NCBI GenBank assembly: GCA_030704615.1 | Contig: CM060734.1 | Location: 18,042,001-18,106,000 of the forward strand | Reading direction: 5' to 3' | DNA: 64,000 nucleotides | Source: Takakia lepidozioides | Lineage: Eukaryota > Plantae > Bryophyta | Part shown: positions 1 to 11,099 of the stretch, piece by piece | How the letters are laid out: every line of letters starts with the position of its first letter | Position numbering within the stretch: position 1 is the stretch's first letter | Notes under the pieces: generated by a model | What the model was told of the DNA's origin: nothing | Database searches by the model: none | The model's input: only the letters and a program-made list of their open reading frames with translations | Translations under genes and position numbers: made by a program

Positions 1-3000
1 AGGCTGAAATAGGTCGAAGAAGAAGGTGCCCTCACACATTCTCTAAGGCCTCCATACCACGCCCCTGTTGTGCACACCCTGCAAGCATCGTGTTCCACGT
101 GATGAAAGATTGTCGAGGCATTCTGTTGAACACTTGGTGAGCATCCATGATGCCCTGCACATAACATACATGTTGACAAGGGGTTGAGTAGAAAAATATT
201 TGGCATTGCACTTTGGATAATGTGAGTGTGCACCTGCTTTCTAGCTTCAAGGCCTTTCATCTTGATGCACTTATGCAAGAGACAGACATACGTATTTGAA
301 TATGCTAAAACGCCTCCTTGGTTTAAAGTCAGTAGATCCTCTTTCAACTCACAAAGCATATCCACATGCCCATAAGTGCCAGAAGAGGCATTGTGGACTC
401 CCTCTTGTGATCCTCTTCCAGAAGCTGTGGTCATGGTTGAGGTGCCTGACTTTATAACTGTGCCGTTGCAGTGCTGCTGCTTTGGCGATGCAACCATGCA
501 CATTCTTTGCAATCTGGTAATCTGACAGGCAATTCACCTTGGTACAACTCCAGCTCTGAAGATGTCGCCATGTGGACCTCTTTTCCCCTTTTCCAAAGCT
601 GCCAGGGGCAGTGTTCAGATTGACATTTAGTACAATTCCAGCTTTGATAATATCCCAGCACCTCTTTGCCCTTCTCCAGGGCCGCTGCTGTGCCAGGCTT
701 GCACAAGCATGGCGATATGCAAATGCACACAAACATGATGTGCCCCCCATCATTTGCTCATAGGTCTCCAAAGCCTCCATTCCACATCCCTGCTTTGCAT
801 ACCCTGCCGCACATCATATCGCACTCCACGACACCACATGTCGTTCAGCCATAGTGTCAACACTCCCTTTTGATCCTAGAGCACCCACATTTCGCAAACA
901 TGTCCACCAGGGTATTGTTCAGAATGTCATCTGGTACAAATTCCAGCTCTAAGATGTCGCCATGCACCCTTCCCCATTCCAAAGCTGCCAGGGTAGGTTC
1001 AGATTGACATTTGGCACAATTCCAGCTTTGATGATATCCCCATGCACCTCTTGCCCTTCTCCAGGGCTGCCAGGCTTGCACGCACATTGCAAATGCACAC
1101 AAACATGATGTGCTTCCCCTATCATTTGCTCATAGCTCTCCAAAGCCTCCATCCCACATCCCTGCTGTGCATACCCTGCAAGCATCGCACTCCACGACAC
1201 CACATCTCGTTCAGCCATAGTTTTTGAACGCTCCCTTGGCATCCTGATGCACCCACATTTTGCAAACATGTTCACCAGGGTATTGGTCAGAATGACACAT
1301 GGTACAATTCCAGCTCTGAAGATGTCGCCATGCACCTCTTTCCCCTTTTCCAAAGCTGCCAGGGTAGTGTTCAGATTGACATTTGGCACAATTCCAGCTT
1401 TGATGATACCCCATGCACCTCTTTGCCCTCGTCTAGGGCTCAATGCACCCACATTTTGCATACATGTCCACCAGGATATGGTTCAGAATGACATTTGGTA
1501 CAATTCCAGCTTTGATGATACCCCATGCACCTCTTTGCCCTTGTCCAGGCTCGATGCACCCACATTTTGCATACATGTCCACCAGGGTATGGTTCAGAAT
1601 GATATTTGGTACAATTCCAACTCTGAAGATATCGCCATGGACCTCTTTCCCCTTTTCCAGAGCTGCCAGGGCAGTGTTCATAATGACATTTGGTACAATT
1701 CCAGCTTTGATGATACCCCATGCACCTCTTTGCCCTTGTCCAAGCTCGATGCACCCACATTTTGCATACATGTCCACCAGGGTATGGTTCAGAATGACAT
1801 TTGGTACAATTCCAACTCTGAAGATGTCGCCATGGACCTCTTTCCCCTTTTCCAGAGCTGCCAGGGCAGTGTTCAGAATGACATTTGGTACAATTCCAGC
1901 TTTGATGTCCCCATGCACCTCTTTGCCCTTGTCTAGGGCTGCCAGGCTTGCACAAGCATTGCAAATGCACACAAAGTGGCCGGGCTTCACCCCCTCCCCC
2001 ATCATTTGATCATAGGTCTCCAAAGCCTCCATCCCACGTCCCTGTTGTGCATACCCTGCAAGCATCGCACTCCACAACACCACATCTTGTTCAGCCATAG
2101 AGTCGAAAACTCCCTTGCATCCTCAATGCATCCACATTTGGCATACATGTCCAGGTCAAGGCAGTGTTCAGAATGACATCTGGTGCAATTCCAGCTTTGA
2201 CCGATGTCACCATGGACCTCGTTCCCCTTTTCCAGGCTTGCACACGCATTGCAAACACATACAAACGCGATGTGGTTGGGCTTCACCCCTTCGCGCATCA
2301 TTTGCTCACAGGTCTCCAAAGCATTCGTACCACGCCCATGCTTGGTAATCCTGCCAACATTATATTCCACGTGATCAAAGATCGTTGAGGCATTCTGTGT
2401 TGAACACTTGGTGATCATCCATGATGCTCCCCTTAACATACATGTTGACAAGGTTGTTGAGTAGAAAAATGTTCGTCGTGAATCCACTTTGGGCAATGTG
2501 AGTGTGCACCTGCTTTCCAACTTCTAGGCCTTTCATCTTGATGCACTTAGGCAAGACACACATACGTATCTACATCTGTTGAAATGCCTCTTTGGTTTAA
2601 AGTCTGTAGAGCCTCTTTCAGTCTACCTGCCTCATAAAGCATCTTCACATGCCCATAAGTGCCAGAAGAGGCATTGTGGACTCCCTCTCTTGATCCTCTT
2701 CCAGAAGCTGTGGTCATGGTTGAGGTGCCTGATTTTATCAACTGTGCTGCTACAGCTGCCGCTTCCAGCTAACCATCTACCCATGGAGGTTTCTTGTAGC
2801 TATCCTTCCACAGGGATCCATAGGTAATCTGGAGCTTGAAATCCGACCCTCTTGGATGAATATGGACCCACACTCTATCCTACTCCTTCAGCTATCACTG
2901 CCTCTGCACAAATCATGCATACATCCTTGCCTTGCTGCCAATGTGATCATCGCACTCCACGACACCACATCTCGTTGAGCCACAGTCGAACACTACCTTT

Positions 3001-3115
3001 GCATCTTCAATGCTCCCGCATTCGGCATACATGTCCACCAGGGCGGTGTTCAGAACGACAAACCCTACAATTCCAGCTTTCACGATGTCACCATGGACCT
3101 TCCATGTCACTTCCA
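1..3115 (-). pseudogene. Cluster of frameshifted PLS-class pentatricopeptide repeat (PPR) gene copies/fragments
   Basis: Recurrent P/L/S motif signatures on the minus strand (LVDMYAKCGCIEDA, RDVVSWSAMLAGYAQQGRGMEALE, FVCICNACASLAALEKGKEVHGDI) broken by many frameshifts. The N-terminal block at ~95-470 is a diverged duplicate of ~2365-2750. No E/DYW domain is visible in the window. Confidence 0.93.
1443..1935. repeat. Near-identical internal tandem duplications within the PPR array (~195-bp period)
   Basis: TGCACCCACATTTTGCATACATGTCCACCAGG recurs at ~1444, ~1555 and ~1750. Flanking GTTCAGAATGACATTTGGTACAATTCCA blocks are also repeated. Confidence 0.85.
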
Positions 3116-3892
3116 GGTAGAGGCAGTACATATTAAAATATGCAAGCCCCCAAGGCCAGATTTTATTTGTCTATTCTTGTGAAACACACGTCAGCAAATG
3201 TGGCCCTGAATCACGGGTGCAATCAATGCACAGTGGTTCATGGAGTCGTTGAGTCGACTACATATTCACTTTAATGAATAAATATCTTTATTCCATTAAT
3301 CAAATTATGAATGAAAATTTCTAGTCGCATGTGCAATAATTAGAACCACTTGTAATTTCCGTTTTTTCAAATTTTATGTATTTACGCAATTAATTAAATA
3401 GCCCGGATTTTTGCTACGACTCCGGAGTCGTTGACCCCACTTCTGCCCGCCGTCTGAAATGCCCCCGTGGGCCCACATGGTCCGTTTCGACTCTCCAGTA
3501 GTCCCGCTTACTGCCAAGTGGTTCCTGGAGTGGTTGGCGGACACCCAGTCGATTCGGAAAAGACACGAATGCTTCTAGTGCTAGCAACATTCACAGCTGT
3601 AGTGACTTGGCCTGGAGAGTTGCTAGAGGGCAACGCTCATTCAGAGGATACACCTCCAGGAGAGCAGGATGACATGTATGGTACAGCGGAGTTGCCTGCC
3701 ATGGTTGCTTAGACTCCATTGTGGGGCACGAGCAAGGATTTGCAGCGGGTTGCTGATCGACGGGTGCAACAAGCCTGGGTAGAGGCTTTTGTACCATCAG
3801 GAGAGGAGGAGAGTGCGGGGATTGCACCAGGACCACCTCAGTTGTCTCCATTGGACACCACACCTATTGTGTGGCAGTATCCGGATGAAGGC

Positions 3893-4838
3893 ATTTGCTT
3901 TCTGGACTTGTTTGGCGGGATCAGCACTGGATTGGCTGCTGTGCTACAGGCAGGTGTACAGGTACGGAGATACCTGTATGTGAAGAGGGATGAGACATTA
4001 TGATGCGTCTCACTACGCCATGTTGCCCAATTAGTACAGCAGTACCCTGAGTTGTTGCCAGTGTTTGCAGTTCGTGGATACCAGCAGGCATTACCAGCAG
4101 ACATTTTCTTGCTGGGGGCGCAAGATTTGGAGCAGGTTGGCTCCATCCACTTGGTAGTGGCAGGTTGGCCTTGCCAAGGACATTCATCAGTCGGGCATGG
4201 CAATAGATTGCGAGACTCGAGGTCGGGTCTGTTTTGGGAGATGGTGCGGGTTTTGCGCTACTTACAGCTTCATCAAGCTGTATCTCCGGCATACATTTTG
4301 GAGAATGTGCCACTGATGGGCGATTCTCGAGGCAGGGTGATGGCCAGTGTGCATCAAGTCCGGTCATGGCTTGGGTTAGCAGTGTTGTTGGATGCAGCTG
4401 CAGTGGGGTCATGGGCTCATCGTCCACGGCTATGGTGGACTAACTTGATGTCACCCACACTGCTCAAGCGTGCATTTGATGGGATGCAGCGGCCAACACA
4501 CCTCACAGTGGATAACATTTTGGACACAGGGAGACAGTCTCAGAGTGTGAGACACGATGACCGTTCGCCTTTGGCAGTGGTCAATAAGGTGGGTCAACCA
4601 CAAGCAACACTACCTACACTGCTCAGCTTCCCAGGATCACATGCTTTCCGGGATAGTGGACCTGGCCTCTTGTGGGATGCTCGGTTGCAGCACTTAGTGG
4701 AGCCTAATGCTAACGAGCGTGAGCGGGCGATGGGTTTTTCCACTAGGACCACGACGGTGCCTTCTCTTTCTGAGGCATCACGTCATCAGGTGTTGGGGCA
4801 AGCAATGGATCTCAATTGCTTGACCTGGATTATCAGCT
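3893..4838 (+). pseudogene. DNA (cytosine-5)-methyltransferase domain within Pol (DNMT3-like linear motif order)
   Basis: Motif I LDLFGGISTG, III PADI, IV VAGWPCQGHS (catalytic PC), VI YILENV, VIII AHRPRLWWTN, IX ERERAMGF, X RHQVLGQAM. One in-frame TGA at 4001. Confidence 0.93.
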
Positions 4839-5263
4839 TGGCTATGGCTGAGCAGCGCAAAGTGCGGAATATACTTCCCTCGATGGTCTCTCTGCCTACC
4901 AAGATGGTACAGGCACTGAGTGGGGGCAAGCATGTGAGGATCACGGGGTGCAGGCATCCATGGCACACGTGGGAGGTGCTTGAGGTTCAGAGGGAGTTGG
5001 CAGCCAAGGCGGCGGTGATGGATGAGGTTGGGGATTTTTCTCGGGTTGAAGAAGTCCTCGAGGATGAGATGATGGGGTGGGATGAGGCCTCATTGACTGA
5101 GCAGGCAAGGAGTATTGCTCAAGAGGTTGCAACATAGCAACCACTGGACGCGTCCTCCATCTCTAAGCCCACTGGACTTAAGGTTGCAGTTACAGAGGAC
5201 AATTGGGAGCCTGACATTGGACCCATTGTCACCGGAGGAGAGAGACGACGTATACGGCAGTTC

Positions 5264-6640
5264 TTGAGGGCTTATAGGAATTGCTTTGCCTTCAGTTTGA
5301 AGGACTTGGGAGCATTGAAGGGTCAAGAGATCTGTATTGAGTTGGCCACTGACACGTCAATCTTTCGGAGACCCTATAGATACAGTGACATGGAGAGGTC
5401 TTTGATTCAGATGAGGAGTCAAGATCTCTGGGAGGCTAGTTTGGTGGAGCTCTCTGGTGGAGGGTATGCTTCAGCCACAGTGATGCCAGCCAAGAAGGAT
5501 GTCTATGGCAATTGGACGGAGAGACGTATGTGCGGTGATTACCGGCCTGTAAATCGTCAGATCAAGTCCAATAAGTATGCCATGCCCACACCGGAGGAGA
5601 TCTTTGATGCCATTGGGCATGTTAAGGTCTTGAGCACTTTGGATTTACGATCCGGATATCACCAGTTGCCGATCAAGGAGGCGGACAAGCAGAAAACGAC
5701 ATTCTGGGGGATCAATGAGCACGGCAAGGATTACCTATATCAATGGCGGTTCTTACCATTTGGGCTTAAGAATGCTCCTGCAGAGTTTCACAGAGTCATG
5801 GATAGGATTCTAGCAGGGGTGGACTTTGCTCGGTGCTACATAGATGACATCATCATCTTTAGCGCTACGGTGGAGGAGCATGAGAGATACCTTCAGGTAG
5901 TATTGGAGCGCTTGAGAGCGCATGAATTGAAGTTGCGTCTGGGGAAGTGCAAGTTTTTCCACAACCAAATTGAGTATCTGGGTCACATGATATATCCTGG
6001 AGGATTGGGGGTACAGCAGACTAAGGTAGAGGCCATTGCACAAATTCCACGCCCCACGGATGTGAGCCGAGTTTGAGCTTTCATGGGATTAGCAAACTAC
6101 TATAGATGGTTTGTCAAGGGATTTAGTGCTATTGCAAAGGCTCTAACCAAGCTGACCAAGGTGGACTAGAAGTGGCAGTGGGAAGATGAGCAGGAACGAG
6201 CTTTTCAAGAGCTCAAGGCGAGGTTGACCTCGGCGCCTATCCTGAGACGACCTATCAAGGGGCGTCCCTTTCAGCTGCATAGGGATTGGAGCACGTTGGG
6301 GCTTGGAGCGGTGCTCACACAAGTGGATGATGAGGGAAGAGAGTTCGTAGTGGCTTATGCTAGCCGCTCAAACAACGCTGCAGAGACTAAGTACAGCTCA
6401 TATGAGGGAGAGTGCTTAGCTGCAGTGTGGGCCGTGGCACACTTCAGGTGCTATCTATATGACAATCTCTTCACCCTTATCACGGATCATTAGCCACTCA
6501 AGTGGTTGATGGAGTCAGATAAGTTTACAGGGAAGCTTGCACGGTGGGCACTCACACTCCAAGAGTATGATTTTCAGGTTGTGGGATCGACCGGGTTTGG
6601 TCAATCGGGATGCGGATGGATTGAGTCGCAATCCATGCAT
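5264..6640 (+). pseudogene. Gypsy reverse transcriptase and RNase H
   Basis: RMCGDYRPVN, LDLRSGYHQ, PFGLKNAP, YIDDII. RNase H DWSTLGLGAVL...YASR...YEGECLA...TDH...NRDADGLSR. Stops at 6074, 6167 and 6491. Confidence 0.95.
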
Positions 6641-6999
6641 GAGCCAACAGGATGACACTGAAGCTCGGTGGCATGGTGAGACGGACGAGAAGATGGTGTC
6701 GGGATGGCACGCATCTGCATTTTTGTGTATTTTGGTAGTGGGAGGTCAGATTGAACCTACAACAGGGATGACTATAGATGGAGTGTCTGAGGACCCTGAG
6801 GCTAGTGACGAGCCAGGTGGTGCCAGAGATATACAAGAGGATTCGGCTGTGTTGGACTACCTCCGTACTGGAGACACGACAGCCATTGTGACTGCCAAGG
6901 AGAGGGATCGGATCCTGCAACGAGCCAAGAGGTTCAAGTGGGAGGGGATACACCTGCTCCGAGTGTGGGAGGATGGTCGGGTGAGGATTGTGCCTCACC

Positions 7000-7932
7000 C
7001 AACATAGCGTGCATGGTTAGTGCGGCATGCCCATGAGAAGTTGGGGCATTTTGGAGTGCGACGCACTCACAGTTTACTGCAGGGACAGTATTGGTGGCGT
7101 GGTATGCATACAGAGGTGCAACAGTTTGTGGCTAGGTGCATGGTGTGTGACAGGGTGCGTGCTTCATTCAACGCCCCTACACCACAGTTGCATCCTTTAC
7201 CAATCATAGGATTGGGCTGGCTTGCACAAGGGACACCTAGGAGATTGGGATCTTCAGGTGCCTTGGTTAGCCATGGGCTACAGGTTCAGCAAACGAGCAT
7301 CACTTGCCTCCTTTTCACCATATTTCCTTCTCTTTGGCCGAGAGCCGGATTTGCCTGCAGCCATTCGTAGGAACACTGCTCAAGTCCTTAACCTCGACAA
7401 TCCGGACGTGTAGGTACGTGCATGTGATCAGCGTACAGAGTTGTTCAAGAAAGTCATGCCCATGGCTTTTGAGAACCTTGCCATTACACAGCACCGTGAT
7501 ACGTTGAGGTATGCCATTATACGTGGTGGAGGATATCGTCCTGGGGTTTGGAGGTTTAGCCCTGGTGACTATGTTTATTTGCAGCAGACTGCTCCTACGA
7601 CCCTGGATGTCACTACAGGGCGTGTTATTCTGAGGGTTCGAGAGGTGTTGCCCTCAGGAGTCCTGATCTTGGAGGGTCGGGATGGCATGACTTGGAAGGA
7701 CCATGTGCGTAATTGTGCACCATGTCACCTTCCCAATGTCGATGGCAAAGTTAACCCAAACTTGGCAGTGGTACCTGCAGGTTTGAGGTGCATGCTCTAT
7801 GGGTCTGCCAAAGGGGCAGCCACCGTGCTGGTGTATGATCGATGCTCAAGAGGTTGGCACATGGCATGCTTGACACCACCTCTTGAGAGGGTTCCTGATG
7901 GAGATTGGTTATGCCCACACTGCTTGGGATAG
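7000..7932 (+). pseudogene. Integrase remnant (HHCC, catalytic core deleted near 7218) with C-terminal PHD finger
   Basis: HEKLGHFG...YWWRGM...CMVC, then a jump to WDLQVPWLAMGYR...SPYFLLFGREP. PHD at 7789-7923: CMLY...YDRCSRGWHMACLTPPLERVPDGDWLCPHC (two expected Cys are Tyr). Confidence 0.88.
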
Positions 7933-8192
7933 TGGTAGTGGATATGACCAGTAGCAGCTAACAAGACATGGGCGGCCAAGCTCATATGAGTCAATACACG
8001 AGATCCCAGACTCAAGTTCACAGGTTGCAAGACGGCGACTAACAATGGGGCTACTCTTGTACTCGACCTCTTGATCTATCAAGTTTGAGTGTAGTAGGGA
8101 CAGTGGTGGAGGACTTAGTGAAGCTATGGTCACTATCACATCTTGTGGCTACCTGGACTTAGAGGGACTAAGCACCAGCTAGGGGGGGCGAT

Positions 8193-8820
8193 TGTGGTAG
8201 ACTAGTGACTGCCATAGTGGGCAGCATAGTGGCAGCCTAGTGGTTGGACTAGTGGTATACTAGTGTGTGTTATGCACATGTGTTGTGTGGTTTGGGACAA
8301 CGATATAGTTGTGTAGCGATATGTATGCGCACGACAGCTGTTAAGTTATTTCACCACTAGTGTGAAACTAGCTAGGAAATAACTAGCTTTTACATATTGA
8401 CATTTGGGATTGGCCCAAGTGTCAATCCAGGGATCAAGGCAGATTTAGGCCCTGGAGTGGTTATCTTCACGACAAGCGTGGGAGGCTCATCTTTCTCGAG
8501 TTGAGCCTCACCGCGCCTAGCTATGGCGCCGTAGTGTGGATTCCCCATGGCGTGGGATGCACTTGGCTTGACTTGTATTTGAGTGATGAGTTTATATATG
8601 CATGAGTTTATGCTTCAGCTTTGTGAGCTTGCATGAGCTCGTGTGTATTCTTCTTCTTTACCATTGTGGTGGACTAGTGACTGCCATAGAGGGCAGCATA
8701 GTGGCAGCCTAGTGGTTGGACTAGTGGCTAGACTAGTGATATACTAGTGTGTGTTGTGCACATGTATTGTGTGGTTTGGGACAGCGATGTAGTTGTGTAG
8801 CGATATGTATGCACATGACA
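8193..8820 (+). repeat. 3' LTR of the DNMT element, with terminal direct repeats 8193-8336 and 8665-8820
   Basis: Starts TGTGGT just after the PPT and ends GACA. The two ~145-155 bp blocks are highly similar. Confidence 0.8.
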
Positions 8821-9719
8821 ACCTGCCCACACGAATAATAATCCTGATTGGGTGGAAGCATATGGTAGGAGTGCTAAGTTGGACTTCAGACCCCCCGTCT
8901 CTAAGTTTGTGCGTTGGGCATATCAGCCAACAAACACTAGCCAGCGTGCACCCCTTCAGACATTAGCCCAGCAAAACAAGCCACAAAGGGAAGTGACTTT
9001 CCATGCTGTATGTGCTGCCTACATTGCTTTCACTTCAGATATCAGTTTTGGATATTGTATTATGTGTATGCTCCTAACAATGTGATCTCTTACATCCCTC
9101 CACATTTATATAATTCAAGGGCTTTTGCCTCATGTATGCATTTCAACACTGACGTATACTTCTATGTCTATTCCTCCTCACTCTTGTTATCTACTCATAA
9201 TAGTGATACTACTCTGTTTCTAGGGATACCCATTTCGAGCTGGGACATACCCTCATCACGCTTGGTATTTACCCCGCATTGTAACAACTTAAATGGTAAA
9301 TTCTTCTCATTAGACCCACCTACTCAGCTACGAACACTCCTCCGTTCCTCTAGCTACTGGAACAATATGACCCAGAGGCTTCAACACAACTTGCTGCCAC
9401 CATCTTGGCCTCGCTGATGAAGCAACGTGTCAAGCCATCCGACACATCTTCTTCTCACCAAGCCTGTTATGTTACATTTTTCTGTCTTTGGTTCAGTTGT
9501 CGAAGCATATCGAAGAATGCATGTGCTATATCATACTACTCTCAAAGAAATTCATATCTAGAATTAGATATGCATTCTTATACTTGTGGAGGACACTCAC
9601 GATTACCTCTTCAAGTTCTTCTATTTTGCAGGAATCACACTATCACATCGGCTTTCCAAGACTTACATCAAGCTGCATTATATCAATATCCTTACGGAAT
9701 TTACTGACACATACCTCTT

Positions 9720-9960
9720 GCCATGTACATTCTTTTGCGAGTTGAACTCTCAATATCGTGGTAGATCCATCACTGAACTCACCCACCATAGACTCTCTAC
9801 AAACTTGATACATCCAAAGGCACATGTCTTTGGCCTGGATATTACATGGCATACATTCTCCTATGCAATTGACTCTCAATATTGTGGCAGACCTCATGTT
9901 GAGTTCACCATCTCTCTACCGACTTGACGCACCCACTGGCACATGCCTTGGGTCTTGATA
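9720..9960. repeat. Diverged ~120-125 bp tandem duplication
   Basis: ACTCTCAATATYGTGGYAGA...CTCTCTAC...ACTTGA...GCACATG occurs twice. Confidence 0.6.
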
Positions 9961-9964
9961 CTCT

Positions 9965-10640
9965 ATCTTATGCTTCCATTCCTCATACTACGATATTACT
10001 TTCAAGAAAATTTTCCATTACTACACCTCGGTATTACTATCAATCAAATTCTATATTGGCCATATTTTGGACCCACTCTCACTCAAATCTTACATTGCTC
10101 ATACGTCACTATTACCTTCAAACAAATTATATGTCGTTCATATTTCAATACTATTTTCAAATAAATCTTACATCGCTCATACCTTGGTACTACTCTCCAA
10201 CAAATCTTACATTGCTCTTTCAGGCTTTTCGGTCTCTTTAGACACAACTCATATTCTTAACATTATTTTCAAACAACCTTGACATTGCTCATACTTCAAT
10301 ATTATTCTCAAGCAAATTTTACATTGCTCATACTTTGGTACTACTTTCAAATAAATTTTACATTGCCCACACCTCGGTTCCACTTTCAAACAGAATTTAC
10401 ATTGCTCCTACTTCAATACTACTTTCAAATAAATTCTACAATGCCCACACTTCGGAACTACTTTCAAACAGATTTTACATTGCGAATACTTCAGTACTAC
10501 TTTCAAGTAATCGTTACATTGCTCATATTCTCGTACTAATTTCAAACACATCATGTATTGTTCATAATTCTACCCTACGTTCAAGTAATACAATGTTCAT
10601 ATTCCGGTATTACTTTCAAACCAATCTTACTCACACTTTG
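9965..10640. repeat. Degenerate 39-bp minisatellite (~15-17 units), consensus ~ACAAATTTTACATTGCTCATACTTCAATACTACTTTCAA
   Basis: Periodic TTACATTGCTCATAC...TACTTTCAAA, and 13-aa periodicity in the + strand ORF translations. Confidence 0.85.
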
Positions 10641-10840
10641 ACCACCTCTCATACGTCATTAGGCCTTTGATATATTTTCCAGTTTCCAACACATTAGTTT
10701 ATGATATCTACTCATGGATACAGAAAACTGCTTCTCCTGATGGTGACAACACCCGCACCCAAGTGCCTCTAGACTGCCCCTTGTACAGCTCTTCTATACA
10801 CCAATTTAAAAATAGCCCATTTACCAAAATTATAATTACC

Positions 10841-11099
10841 TCCAACTCCTATTATTGCTTAATTACTAGACCCCTCTACACACCAACCCATCAACTTAAT
10901 AGCGCTAGGATCGACCACCCCGCACACTCACTGCCCGCTAGCTGCACTTCTATAACCCCCAATCTTCTCCAACTCCTATTATCGCTTAATTAAGTACTAG
11001 ACCTCTCTCTACACCAACCCATCAACTTCATAGCGTTAGGATTGACCACCCCGCACACTCAGTACCCACTAGCTCCACCTCTATAACCCCCAATCTTCT
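10841..11099. repeat. ~128-bp tandem duplication
   Basis: TCCAACTCCTATTATYGCTTAATTA...CACCAACCCATCAACTT...TATAACCCCCAATCTTCT occurs twice. Confidence 0.85.

Larger units (their letters stand above)
3466..8820 (+). mobile_element. 5'-truncated Ty3/Gypsy LTR retrotransposon carrying a C5 cytosine methyltransferase and a PHD finger
   Basis: DNMT, RT and RNase H share one frame, followed by integrase remnants and a PHD finger. PPT AGGGGGGG at 8181-8188, then a TG...CA LTR at 8193-8820. No gag or 5' LTR is seen. The left boundary is approximate. Confidence 0.92.

Noticed and set aside
1247-2009. Long plus-strand ORFs over the PPR array, and similar antisense ORFs over TE genes
   Set aside because: They are antisense shadows of repetitive coding sequence.
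3229-3465. CACAGTG (Transib/RSS-like) start and repeated GGAGTCGTTGA motifs before the DNMT element
   Set aside because: No partner TIR, TSD or transposase is visible, and a 7-mer can occur by chance.
3893-4838. Host DRM/DNMT3 gene or bacterial contamination
   Set aside because: Intronless, non-permuted, in frame with Gypsy RT, and embedded among plant PPR genes.
8193-8820. TRIM or DIRS/Ngaro split-repeat interpretation; hammerhead ribozyme
   Set aside because: No internal PBS/PPT, the element has a DDE-type integrase remnant rather than a tyrosine recombinase, and I saw no CUGAnGA/GAAA hammerhead core.
9965-10640. CRISPR-like array
   Set aside because: Units are contiguous degenerate repeats without unique spacers, there are no cas genes, and the context is eukaryotic.
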